Below are positions 19,070-29,509 of a stretch of 64,000 nucleotides of DNA, one piece after another. How positions within the stretch are numbered: position 1 is the stretch's first letter; every line of letters starts with the position of its first letter. Source of the DNA: an uncultured Bacteroides sp. (GTDB lineage: Bacteria; Bacteroidota; Bacteroidia; G022818785); assembly GCA_964620755.1 (NCBI GenBank), contig CAZUHH010000007.1:8225-72224 (forward strand), in the 5' to 3' direction. The position numbers were made by a program, and so were the translations under genes. The notes below the pieces were generated by a model. It was not told where the DNA came from. It was given only the letters and a program-made list of their open reading frames with translations, and ran no database searches.

Positions 19070-20692
19070 CTATAATTTACTTTTTAATTTAGATATTCTA
19101 GATAAAACATATTTATTATCTTTTGAAATATATTTTACAATAAAATATCCATTTCTTACAAATTGTAATTTATCACCTATTTTATATTTTGTAATTATAT
19201 TTTCTATAAAAATTTCTTTTTCAATTATTGATTTAGGATTAAAAAAATCCATAAAATTATTTTGTTTTTCAGGATTTTTAATTAAAAATAAGTTATCATA
19301 TAATATTACATGTGCTTTTGTCATATTATTAGCATCAATCCAATGAATTATATTAATATTATTTTTATTTTTATAACTAATAGTATTGCTGTTTTTAATA
19401 TAAGAACAATGAATTTCTTCTATAACATTATTATTATTTTTAATAATTTTGTTGCATTTTATAGCATATGAATATTGAAGCTTTACTATATTATTTATAT
19501 ATAATCTTTTAAATTCTTTACTAGGATTTTCAGAAAAATCACTACGTTCAATATATATTATTTTAGAAAAAACAATGTTTCGGTCCTTATAGTATTTATT
19601 TTTAGATTTTTCACTAAACAATATTTTATTGTTAGCATCATTTGAATAATTTGTAATAACTACTTTTAATGGATTTATTATAGATATAATACGATCTGTC
19701 ATTATATTTAATTCTTTACATATAAAAAAATCTAAAAGTTCAATATCTATTATATTATCTCTTTTTTGTATTCCAATATGATTTATAAAATTTCGAATTG
19801 CTTGAGGTGATACACCTTTATTTCTAAGACCACCTATAGTTAATAGTCTAGGATCATCCCAATTAGAAATTTTTTTATTTTTAATTAAAAGTAATATTTT
19901 ACGTTTACTCATAATGTTATATGTTACATTCAAACGAGCAAATTCAAATTGTTTGGAAGGAAATAAATTTAAAGATTTTATAAACCAATTATAAATTAAT
20001 TTATGATCAATAAATTCTAAAGTACAAATAGAATAATTTATTTTTTCAATACTATCACATTGTCCATGTGCAAAATCATATGTTGGATAAATAAACCATG
20101 AATTAATATTATTATATCTTATCCTATACATTATAGGATCTCTCATGTGCATATTATAATGATTCATATCAATTTTAGCTCTTAATACTCTGGAATTTTC
20201 TTTATACAAGCCATTTTTCATATTGTCAAACAACTTTAAATTATCTTCTATAGTTCTATTTCTATATTTACTTTCAATTCCAGCACTATTAGGAGTTCCT
20301 CTCATTTTTATAACTTCTTCTTGATTAGAGTCATCTACATAAGCCAATCCTTTTTTTATAAGAATTATTGCAAAATTATATAATTGATTAAAATAATCAG
20401 ATGTATAAGTAGTATAATGCCATTTAAAACCTAACCATATAATATCATTTTTAATAGATTCAATATAATATTTACTAATATTTTCAGGATTTGTATTATC
20501 AAATCTTAAATAAATTTTTCCATTATATTTTAAAGATAAATTAAAATTTAAACATATTGCTTTAACATGACCTAAATGTAAACATCCATTAGGTTCAGGA
20601 GGAAACCTGAAAAACAATTGTTTGATTTTTTTATTGTTTAAATCTTTTTCAATAATATTCTCTATAAAATTGTTTTTAATATTATTTTTCAT
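19070..20692 (-). CDS. glnS: glutaminyl-tRNA synthetase
   Basis: 540 aa; class I HIGH motif (PEPNGCLHLGH), GlnRS-type C-terminal anticodon-binding beta-barrels. Confidence 0.9.
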   Translation of the reverse strand: MKNNIKNNFIENIIEKDLNNKKIKQLFFRFPPEPNGCLHLGHVKAICLNFNLSLKYNGKIYLRFDNTNPENISKYYIESIKNDIIWLGFKWHYTTYTSDYFNQLYNFAIILIKKGLAYVDDSNQEEVIKMRGTPNSAGIESKYRNRTIEDNLKLFDNMKNGLYKENSRVLRAKIDMNHYNMHMRDPIMYRIRYNNINSWFIYPTYDFAHGQCDSIEKINYSICTLEFIDHKLIYNWFIKSLNLFPSKQFEFARLNVTYNIMSKRKILLLIKNKKISNWDDPRLLTIGGLRNKGVSPQAIRNFINHIGIQKRDNIIDIELLDFFICKELNIMTDRIISIINPLKVVITNYSNDANNKILFSEKSKNKYYKDRNIVFSKIIYIERSDFSENPSKEFKRLYINNIVKLQYSYAIKCNKIIKNNNNVIEEIHCSYIKNSNTISYKNKNNINIIHWIDANNMTKAHVILYDNLFLIKNPEKQNNFMDFFNPKSIIEKEIFIENIITKYKIGDKLQFVRNGYFIVKYISKDNKYVLSRISKLKSKL

Positions 20693-20700
20693 AAATATTA

Positions 20701-22206
20701 TTAATTTATTTTTGATAAAGCTAATTTTATTCTATTTATAGTTTCATGTTTTCCTATAATTTTAATTATAGAAAAAATATCAGGTCCTTTATCAATGCCT
20801 GTTATAATAATTCTAAATAACAAAATTATATTTTTAATATTGTTTTTTTTTATAAATTCATGAAAATATTTTTTTGTATTTTTTTCATCTATTTCATTGC
20901 AATTATCTAAGTATTGGCAAAAATCTATAAAAAAAATATTTATTATATCATGCCAATTGTTTTTTAAAACACAATATTTATTTTCATGAGGCCTATAAAC
21001 AATAGTTTTTGTTATTTTTATAAAATCATTTAATAAATAACATCTGTTTTTAATTAAATCAATTATTTTAGTTGTCATTAATTTTAATACATCATCATCA
21101 TTAATTGTCAATTCTTTACATAAAATTAAAATATCTTGAGTATTTTTATTCATTATATGAATATGATTTAACCATAAAATTTTTTTATTATTTAAATAAA
21201 TATTATTTATATTAGTATTTTCAATATTAAAATTATCAACCATATCATCAATAGTAGGCATAAACTCATTATTATATTTATTACCTGATAAAATTAACCA
21301 ATTCATTAATGCATTAGGTAAAATTCCTGTTTCTTTAAAGCCATTAATATTTTTAGTTTTTATAATATCAAACCATTTAATAGGTATTATTGGATATAAA
21401 TAATTATCTATATTTCTTTTACTTAATTTACCTTTTTTATCAGGATCTAGAATTAATGGTAAATGAATAAATTCTGGTATATCCCATTGAAAGTATTGAT
21501 ATAATATTACATGAATGGGAGTAGAAGATAACCATTCTTCACCTCTTATTACATGTGTTATTTTCATAAGATGATCATCTATTACATTTGCAAAATGATA
21601 TGTTGGCATGCCATCAGATTTAATCAAAATCTTATCTTCTAATTCATAAATATTAAAATTTATATTTCCTCTTAATTTATCTTTTATGCTGATAATATTA
21701 TTTTTTAATATTGGTAATTTAAGTCTAATTACATATTTATTATTCTTTATATTATTCTTTATATTATAATTTAATGAATTATTCATTTTATGTCTATTAT
21801 AAATGCCATAATGACAATAATGATTTTTTGAAAAATTGTTTTTCATTATTGATAATTCTTCTTTACTATCAAAAGCATAATAAGCATATCCTTTATCAAC
21901 TAAGTATTTTGCATATTTTATATATAATTTAATTTTTAAACTTTGTTTATAATTTTCTGGAAATTTTTCATTAGCAGCACCTATACCTTTATCTATAATT
22001 ATATTACACCATTTTAATGAATTTAGAATATGTTTTTCTGACATATTATTATATCTTGTTCTATCTGTATCTTCAATTCTCAGTAAAAATTCACCATCAT
22101 ATTTTTTTGCAAATAAATAATTATATAGTGCAGTTCTTAATCCACCAATATGGAGTGGTCCTGTTGTGCTGGGAGCGAATCTTACTCTAATTCTTTTTTG
22201 TAACAT
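20701..22206 (-). CDS. gltX: glutamyl-tRNA synthetase
   Basis: 501 aa; RFAPSTTGPLHIGGLRTAL (HIGH) and KLSKR motifs. Confidence 0.9.
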   Translation of the reverse strand: MLQKRIRVRFAPSTTGPLHIGGLRTALYNYLFAKKYDGEFLLRIEDTDRTRYNNMSEKHILNSLKWCNIIIDKGIGAANEKFPENYKQSLKIKLYIKYAKYLVDKGYAYYAFDSKEELSIMKNNFSKNHYCHYGIYNRHKMNNSLNYNIKNNIKNNKYVIRLKLPILKNNIISIKDKLRGNINFNIYELEDKILIKSDGMPTYHFANVIDDHLMKITHVIRGEEWLSSTPIHVILYQYFQWDIPEFIHLPLILDPDKKGKLSKRNIDNYLYPIIPIKWFDIIKTKNINGFKETGILPNALMNWLILSGNKYNNEFMPTIDDMVDNFNIENTNINNIYLNNKKILWLNHIHIMNKNTQDILILCKELTINDDDVLKLMTTKIIDLIKNRCYLLNDFIKITKTIVYRPHENKYCVLKNNWHDIINIFFIDFCQYLDNCNEIDEKNTKKYFHEFIKKNNIKNIILLFRIIITGIDKGPDIFSIIKIIGKHETINRIKLALSKIN

Positions 22207-22298
22207 ATTATTTTTTTATATCAATAATCAATTGTATCTTAATATTTTAAAGATGTAATATAATTAAAATTATAAATTTTCATATTTGTTATTTATAA

Positions 22299-24080
22299 AT
22301 GATTAATACAAATAAAAATATATATTCTAAAAAATTTATAATAAAATACATCATTATTATGGCAATGTTAATATTGATTATTAGAATTTGTTATATGCAA
22401 TTAATAGATGATCAATATATATTCGCAGCAAAAAACAATATTCTTAGAAAAGAAATTATATTACCCTCAAGAGGGATTATAAAAGATTGTAATAATAATA
22501 TATTAGTTAGTAATCAACCTATTTATAATCTGTTTGCCATTCCTAAAGAAATTAACAACATAGATATTATTAAATTATGTAATATGATTGATATATCACA
22601 AGATATATTAAAAAATAAACTATTAAAAATTAATAAATATTCTAATAATCCTATTTTAATTAAAAAAGATATAAGTGATATCAAATATGCTGTATTACAA
22701 GAACATTTACATACCTTCAAAGGTTTTTTTGTTCAAAGATCTAATAAAAGAAATTATCATTATGGTAAAATAGCAAGTCATGCTATAGGATATGTATCTG
22801 AGGTAGAAAACAATGATATTATCAATTCAAATGGATTTTATAATTTAGGAGATTATATAGGTCGTACAGGTATAGAATATTCACATGAAAAATTATTACA
22901 TGGAAAAAAAGGTATTAAATTTACAATAGTTGATGTGTTTAACAGAATACAACAGTCATTTAATAATGGATTATATGATACTAATACTGTAATTGGTAAT
23001 ACATTGATTACTACAATAGATTTACAATTACAAAAATTAGGAGAGGAACTTATGCAAAATAAAAAAGGTAGCATTGTGGCTATTAATCCTAAAAATGGTA
23101 ATATTTTAGCATTTGTAAGTAGCCCAACATATGATCCTAGAAATTTAATAGATCATTATTACAATAATTATAATTCATTAAAATTTGATAATAATAAACC
23201 ATTATTAATAAGACCTATACAGGCTCAATATCCACCAGGATCTTTATTAAAACCTGTAATAGCTCTCATTGGCTTAGAGGAAAATATTATTAATAGTTAT
23301 TCTTGTTTTACCTGTAATGGTAAATTAAAAAAAAATAAATCATTTGCCAAGTGCTGTAAAATACATGGCAATATAAATTTAATGCATTCAATTGTATATT
23401 CATGTAATAATTGGTATTGTAATTTGTTAACTAATTTATTTAATAAAAATATACATTGTAATAATGTAGAAGAATCTTATAATAAATTTAAAAATTATCT
23501 AGAAAGTTTTGGAATAGGTTCTAAAAGTAATATAGAAATACCATTTGAAGCAACTGGAACAATTAAGACATCTAAATATTATAATGAAATATATGGTATA
23601 AATAAATGGAAATCTTCTAATATTATTTCATTAGCTTTGGGTCAAGGTGAAATTACTATGACTCCAATACAAATGGCCAATATTATGGTTATAATAGCAA
23701 ATAAAGGGTTTAGATTTACACCACATTTAATAAAAAAACAAAATTTTAATTATAATGAAAAGATATATACTGCAATTAATCCAAAACATTTCGATATAAT
23801 TTACGAAAGTATGAAAAATGTTGTGGAATATGGAACTGCTAAACAATCTAAAATAGATAATTTAATATTTTGTGGTAAAACTGGAACATCACAACAATCA
23901 AATAATGATTATGACCATTCAATTTTTGGGGGATTTGCTCCGTATGATAATCCTATTATTGCTATAGCTGTTGTAGTTGAAAATGGTGGATTTGGTTCAA
24001 AATGTGCTGCTCCAATTGCTAGTATTATGATTAAACAATATATAAATAAAATTATTACTAAATCTAGTATACTAAACTAG
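22299..24080 (+). CDS. mrdA: penicillin-binding protein 2 (elongasome D,D-transpeptidase)
   Basis: 593 aa; transpeptidase motifs SxxK (GSLLKP), SxN and KTGT (CGKTGTSQ); followed directly by rodA. Confidence 0.85.
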   Translation: MINTNKNIYSKKFIIKYIIIMAMLILIIRICYMQLIDDQYIFAAKNNILRKEIILPSRGIIKDCNNNILVSNQPIYNLFAIPKEINNIDIIKLCNMIDISQDILKNKLLKINKYSNNPILIKKDISDIKYAVLQEHLHTFKGFFVQRSNKRNYHYGKIASHAIGYVSEVENNDIINSNGFYNLGDYIGRTGIEYSHEKLLHGKKGIKFTIVDVFNRIQQSFNNGLYDTNTVIGNTLITTIDLQLQKLGEELMQNKKGSIVAINPKNGNILAFVSSPTYDPRNLIDHYYNNYNSLKFDNNKPLLIRPIQAQYPPGSLLKPVIALIGLEENIINSYSCFTCNGKLKKNKSFAKCCKIHGNINLMHSIVYSCNNWYCNLLTNLFNKNIHCNNVEESYNKFKNYLESFGIGSKSNIEIPFEATGTIKTSKYYNEIYGINKWKSSNIISLALGQGEITMTPIQMANIMVIIANKGFRFTPHLIKKQNFNYNEKIYTAINPKHFDIIYESMKNVVEYGTAKQSKIDNLIFCGKTGTSQQSNNDYDHSIFGGFAPYDNPIIAIAVVVENGGFGSKCAAPIASIMIKQYINKIITKSSILN

Positions 24081-24097
24081 TAAAATATTTCAATTAT

Positions 24098-25336
24098 ATG
24101 AGTAAAAAAATAGATTGGATAATTGTTATTATATATGTATCAATAACTTTTATTGGTATAATTAGCATTTATTCTAATAATTACAATATAAACAATATCA
24201 CTAATTTATCTAATAATTATATTAAACAATTTATCTGGATTATTATTGGAATATTAATATCTATTTTAATATTGTTATTAGATCCTAAAATATTTTCTAT
24301 TTCGGCTCCAATAGTGTATATAATTGGAATATCTTTATTGCTATTAGTTTTAATTACATCTAATTCAGTTAATGGAAGTAAATCATGGATAGATTTTACA
24401 TTTTTTAAATTACAGCCATCAGAAATTTCAAAATTATCAACTTCATTATTTTTAGCTAATATATTAGCTAAAAATAGATACAATATTAAAAATAAATACA
24501 TATGGGCTATATATTTTTTAATAATAATTATTCCTTTCATATTAATTGTTTTACAAAAGGATACTGGAACAGCTATAACTTTTTTCTCTTTTATAATAGT
24601 TTTATACAGGGAAGGATTATCTATTATATATCCAATAATAGGATTGATTATGATATTGTGTTTATTTATAGTTATTTTAATTAATTCTGTTTATAATTTT
24701 TTAATATATTTTATAATAATAAATACAATATTGCTTTATTTCTTAAATAAAAATAAATTTTTTTTAAAAATAATTATTTTAGGTATGATTATAACTTTTT
24801 TTTCACTTTTAACATCAAACTATATAGTTTATAATATATTAAAACCATACCAAATATCTCGTATTACAGTTTTATTTAGTAATAAAATAAATCTTAAAAA
24901 AGAAGCATATAATTTAAATCAAGCTAAAATAGCAATAGGTTCTGGTAGACTATTAGGCAAAGGATTTCTTAAGGGAACTCAAACTAAATATAATTTTATT
25001 CCTCAACAGGATACTGATTTTATATTTTGTACTATAGCTGAGCAATGGGGGTTTATAGGTAGTTTATTTATTTTAATATTGTATTACCATTTAATAATAA
25101 GAGTTTTATATTTAGTTGAAAATCAAAATTCAATTTTCATCAGAGTTCTTGGTTATTCATACTCATCTATGATTTTTTCCCATGTTATTATTAATATAGG
25201 TATGACTTTAGGATTGATACCAGTAATTGGAATTCCATTGCCATACATAAGTTATGGAGGATCTTCATTTATAAGCTTCACAATATTTTTATTTATTATT
25301 CTTCGTCTTACATCATATAGAGTTTGTATAAATTAA
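24098..25336 (+). CDS. rodA: rod shape-determining protein RodA (SEDS family)
   Basis: 412 aa polytopic membrane protein with SEDS C-terminal conserved region (PQQDTDFIF...GLIPVIGIPLPYISYGGSS); adjacent to mrdA. Confidence 0.8.
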   Translation: MSKKIDWIIVIIYVSITFIGIISIYSNNYNINNITNLSNNYIKQFIWIIIGILISILILLLDPKIFSISAPIVYIIGISLLLLVLITSNSVNGSKSWIDFTFFKLQPSEISKLSTSLFLANILAKNRYNIKNKYIWAIYFLIIIIPFILIVLQKDTGTAITFFSFIIVLYREGLSIIYPIIGLIMILCLFIVILINSVYNFLIYFIIINTILLYFLNKNKFFLKIIILGMIITFFSLLTSNYIVYNILKPYQISRITVLFSNKINLKKEAYNLNQAKIAIGSGRLLGKGFLKGTQTKYNFIPQQDTDFIFCTIAEQWGFIGSLFILILYYHLIIRVLYLVENQNSIFIRVLGYSYSSMIFSHVIINIGMTLGLIPVIGIPLPYISYGGSSFISFTIFLFIILRLTSYRVCIN

Positions 25337-25386
25337 TTTTTGTATGCATTTTAGTAATATTAAAAAAACTAAATTAACATAATAAT

Positions 25387-26724
25387 ATGGTTAAAACTTT
25401 TGAAAATGGTAATCTTTATATAGAAACATATGGATGTCAGATGAATTTTTATGATTCTAATATAGTGGCATCAATAATGGGTAAAATAGGATTTAAAATA
25501 GTTAATAGCATTGAAATAGCTGATATTATATTTATTAATACTTGTTCTATTAGAGAAAATGCTGAATTGAAAATAATGCAAAGATTAAATGCTATTAAAC
25601 ATAATAAAAATATAAATAAAAATAATACTATAATAGGTATTTTAGGATGTATGGCTGAAAGATTAAAAAATAAGTTATTAGATAATGAAAAAATTATAGA
25701 TATAGTTGTTGGGCCAGATTCTTATAATGATTTACCAAAATTAGTTTTTAATGCATTTAATAATAATAAATCATGTAATGTAAAACTGTCACGTACTGAG
25801 ACTTATGATAATATTATACCTCATTTATTGGATAAATATAATATATCAACTTATATATCTATTATGAGAGGATGTGATAATATGTGCACTTTTTGTGTGG
25901 TTCCTTTTACAAGAGGCAGAGAACGTAGTAAAAATCCTTATATTATATTAAAAGAAATAGAAATTTTAATTAAACAAGGTATTAAAAAAATTACATTATT
26001 AGGGCAAAATGTTGATTCATATAATTGTACAATTAATAAAACTAATTTTTCTACATTATTAAATTTATTAGCCACTTCATTTCCAAATATATTATTTAGC
26101 TTTACAACATCACATCCTAAAGATATGTCTGATGATGTTATATATGCTATAGCTAATAATGACAATATACTTAAATATATTCATTTGCCTGTACAGTCGG
26201 GTAGTAATAGAATATTGAATATTATGAATAGAAATTATAGTGTTGAAATGTATATAAATAAAATCAATTTTATAAGAAAAATTATACCTAATTGTTCTAT
26301 ATCTACAGATATAATGACAGGATTTTGTTCTGAAACAATAAACGATCATTATGATACTTTAAATATGATGAATACTATAAAATTTAATTTTTCATATATG
26401 TTTAAGTATTCTGATAGAACTGGAACATTTGCTCACAGAAAATTAAAAGATAATGTATCTGATCAAGAAAAATCATTAAGACTTAATGATATAATTAAAT
26501 TACAAAAACTACATTCACATTTTAGAAATCAACAATTTGTTACTAAAATTAGCAATGTTTTAGTAGAAGGAAGATCTAAAAAATCTAATATGAGTTTTGT
26601 AGGGATCAATGAACAAAATTATAAAGTTGTTTTTCCTAAAAAAAGTAATATAAAAAAAGGTGATAATGTTAAAGTATTAATTAAATCTTATATTAATAAT
26701 ACATTAATAGGAGATATAATATAA
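25387..26724 (+). CDS. miaB: tRNA-2-methylthio-N6-dimethylallyladenosine synthase
   Basis: 445 aa; MTTase N-domain YIETYGCQMNFYDSN, radical SAM CDNMCTFCVVPFTRGRERS, C-terminal TRAM. Confidence 0.9.
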   Translation: MVKTFENGNLYIETYGCQMNFYDSNIVASIMGKIGFKIVNSIEIADIIFINTCSIRENAELKIMQRLNAIKHNKNINKNNTIIGILGCMAERLKNKLLDNEKIIDIVVGPDSYNDLPKLVFNAFNNNKSCNVKLSRTETYDNIIPHLLDKYNISTYISIMRGCDNMCTFCVVPFTRGRERSKNPYIILKEIEILIKQGIKKITLLGQNVDSYNCTINKTNFSTLLNLLATSFPNILFSFTTSHPKDMSDDVIYAIANNDNILKYIHLPVQSGSNRILNIMNRNYSVEMYINKINFIRKIIPNCSISTDIMTGFCSETINDHYDTLNMMNTIKFNFSYMFKYSDRTGTFAHRKLKDNVSDQEKSLRLNDIIKLQKLHSHFRNQQFVTKISNVLVEGRSKKSNMSFVGINEQNYKVVFPKKSNIKKGDNVKVLIKSYINNTLIGDII

Positions 26725-26733
26725 ATAAATACT

Positions 26734-27942
26734 ATGAATACAATTAATATTCAAAATATAAAAAATCGTTTTAAAATTATAGGTAATTCCGATTCTTTGA
26801 ATAAATTAATAGATATAGCTATAAAGATAGCTCCAACAGATATTTCAGTGTTAATTACCGGAGAAAATGGTAGTGGAAAAGAAATATTTGCTCATATGAT
26901 TCATAGTTTAAGCCTTAGAAGGCATAATTCTTTTATAGCAGTAAATTGTGGTGCTATTCCTGAAGGTACAATAGATTCAGAGCTTTTTGGACATGTAAAA
27001 GGTTCATTTACTAATGCATCAGAAGATAGAAAAGGTTATTTTGAATCAGTAAATAAAGGAACAATATTCTTAGATGAAGTTGGGGAACTTCCATTATCTA
27101 CACAAATAAGATTATTAAGAATATTAGAATCAGGAGAATATATAAGAGTAGGTAGTTCTAAAACATATAAAACAGATGTTAGAGTAATATCTGCAACTAA
27201 TATAAATATAGACGAATCATTGAGAAATGGTAAAATTAGAGAAGATCTATATTATAGATTAGGAGCTATTAAAATTGATATTCCCCCCTTAAGAATGAGA
27301 AAATATGATATTAAGTTAATATTTAAATATTTTCTTGAATTGTTTAGCGATAAATACAAAATAGAATATCCATATTTATCAGATGATGCAATTTTATTAT
27401 TAGAAAAATATGATTGGCCAGGCAATATAAGACAATTAAAAAATATTGCAGAGCAAATCATAATTTTAGAAAGATGTAAATATATAAATTCTAAAATAAT
27501 TAGCAAATATATACCTAATAATAAAATGCAATTAACATTGCAAACTAATAATAGTTATAATAATAACATTTTAGAAAAAGAATTTTTATATAAAATACTT
27601 ATTGATATGAAAAAAGATTTTAACGATTTAAAAAATTTAGTTTTTAATATGTTAAAACACCCTAAAATATCTAAAAATATACATTTATTTGATTTTTTAG
27701 CTTTAAAATATTTAAATAGTCATAATACTAAAGAAGAAAAAAATAATAAGCAAAAAATTCTTATAAATGAAAAAAATTCTTTTCCTGAAAAAAATAAATT
27801 AATTTTATCGTTAGCTGAACAAGAAATAGAATTGATAAAAAAAACTTTAAAAAAATATAATGGCAAACGTAAAGTTGCTGCTAATGAATTAGGAATTTCC
27901 GAAAGGACATTATATAGAAAAATAAAACATTTTAAAATTTAA
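26734..27942 (+). CDS. sigma-54-dependent transcriptional activator (bEBP), AAA+ plus HTH, no receiver or sensor domain
   Basis: 402 aa; Walker A GENGSGKE, ESELFGH followed by GSFTNA in the GAFTGA position, Walker B FLDEVGEL, C-terminal Fis-type HTH AANELGISERTLYRKIK; low-complexity N/K-rich linker. Confidence 0.75.
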   Translation: MNTINIQNIKNRFKIIGNSDSLNKLIDIAIKIAPTDISVLITGENGSGKEIFAHMIHSLSLRRHNSFIAVNCGAIPEGTIDSELFGHVKGSFTNASEDRKGYFESVNKGTIFLDEVGELPLSTQIRLLRILESGEYIRVGSSKTYKTDVRVISATNINIDESLRNGKIREDLYYRLGAIKIDIPPLRMRKYDIKLIFKYFLELFSDKYKIEYPYLSDDAILLLEKYDWPGNIRQLKNIAEQIIILERCKYINSKIISKYIPNNKMQLTLQTNNSYNNNILEKEFLYKILIDMKKDFNDLKNLVFNMLKHPKISKNIHLFDFLALKYLNSHNTKEEKNNKQKILINEKNSFPEKNKLILSLAEQEIELIKKTLKKYNGKRKVAANELGISERTLYRKIKHFKI

Positions 27943-29363
27943 ATTTTAATAAGGTTTTCCCAATTTATTAATTTTTTTATTATATTTTTAATACTTTTTA
28001 TTTTAATTCTTTTTTGTCTCATCGAATCCCTATATCTAATAGTTACATCATCATTCTTTAAACTTTCATAATCAACTGTAATACAATAAGGAGTACCTAT
28101 AGCATCTTGTTGTCTATATCTTTTTCCAATTGAATTATTAATAATATATTTTGCATCGGTGTATAATTTAATATCATTATATATATTAATAGTATAATTT
28201 ATTAAATTATCATTTGCTATTAAAGGCATTAATGCAATTTTAACAGGAGCTAATAATGGATTTAATTTTAAAATTAATCTATCTTTATTAGTTTCTAATG
28301 AATCGTATAATATGGCTAAAAATAATCTATCTACACCTAAAGATGTTTCAATGACATATGGAATATAACTTTTTTGTTGTTTATCTAATAAAGACATTTT
28401 TTTATTTGAAAAATTTTGATGGCTTTTTAAATCATAATCATTTCTCAAATGTATTCCTTCTATTTCTTTAAATCCAAATGGAAAATGATATTCTATATCT
28501 ATACCCATTTCTTCATAATGTGATACTTCAGAGTGTTTTTTAAATCTTAATTTTGATGTGTTAATAATTTTATTATACCAATTCATTCTTGCATTTTGCC
28601 AATGTTGATACCATATAATATTATCTTCAGGTTTAACAAAAAACTGTAATTCCATTTGTTCAAATTCTTTCATTCTCATGATAAATTGTCTTGCTATAAT
28701 TTCATTTCTGAATGCTTTGCCAATTTGAGCTATTCCAAATGGTATTGATAAATTATTACTATTTATAATGTTTTGTAAATTTGTAAAAGTACCCTGTGCT
28801 GTTTCTGGTCTTAAATAAATATAATTAAATCTGTTTTTATCATTACTTGAATTAGTAGAAAACATTAAATTAAAATTTTTGGGGATAGTCCAATTAGTAG
28901 TTTTGAAAGAGGGATCCTTAATATTATATTTATTTATTATTAATAATAAATGATCCATATCATTACTATCAATACAATTATTAATATCTTTTTTTAATTG
29001 TTGAATTTTATCATCATTGTCACCTAATTGTAATATTTTATATTCTAATAATTCATGAATACGATAACGTAATTTAGAATCTTTATTATCTATCATTATA
29101 TCATTAAATTTATTTAAATGACCTGAAGCTTCCCAAATTTTACTATGTGTTAAAATAGATGTATCTAATCCTACAATATTATTATTGCATTGAACAATAG
29201 CTTTCCACCAATATTTTTTCAAATTATTTTTCAACATTGTTCCATTAGGTCCGTAATCATAAACAGCACTTAATCGTCCGTAAATTTCACTAGATGGAAA
29301 GATAAATCCATACTTTTGAGCATATGTTACTAATTGTTTTAAGTAAAAATTTTTATTACTCAT
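27939..29363 (-). CDS. glyQS: glycine--tRNA ligase (alpha2 dimeric type)
   Basis: 474 aa; class II aaRS motifs (YLRPETAQG), C-terminal anticodon-binding domain. Confidence 0.9.
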   Translation of the reverse strand: MSNKNFYLKQLVTYAQKYGFIFPSSEIYGRLSAVYDYGPNGTMLKNNLKKYWWKAIVQCNNNIVGLDTSILTHSKIWEASGHLNKFNDIMIDNKDSKLRYRIHELLEYKILQLGDNDDKIQQLKKDINNCIDSNDMDHLLLIINKYNIKDPSFKTTNWTIPKNFNLMFSTNSSNDKNRFNYIYLRPETAQGTFTNLQNIINSNNLSIPFGIAQIGKAFRNEIIARQFIMRMKEFEQMELQFFVKPEDNIIWYQHWQNARMNWYNKIINTSKLRFKKHSEVSHYEEMGIDIEYHFPFGFKEIEGIHLRNDYDLKSHQNFSNKKMSLLDKQQKSYIPYVIETSLGVDRLFLAILYDSLETNKDRLILKLNPLLAPVKIALMPLIANDNLINYTINIYNDIKLYTDAKYIINNSIGKRYRQQDAIGTPYCITVDYESLKNDDVTIRYRDSMRQKRIKIKSIKNIIKKLINWENLIKI

Positions 29364-29509
29364 AATTATAAATATTGACTTTTAAAATAAATATATTCTT
29401 TTATTATTAAAAAATATATTTTTTTTATATTAAAAAAATTAGTACTATAAATAATTAAATTATATACATTATAGTTTATATCTTTATAATAATATTTGTC
29501 ATTAAAAAT

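Noticed and set aside
18918-19346. 142-aa plus-strand ORF (TTG start)
   Set aside because: It reads straight through tRNA-Ser and tRNA-Pro and then runs antisense to glnS. Its protein-like appearance is a side effect of the structured tRNA sequence.
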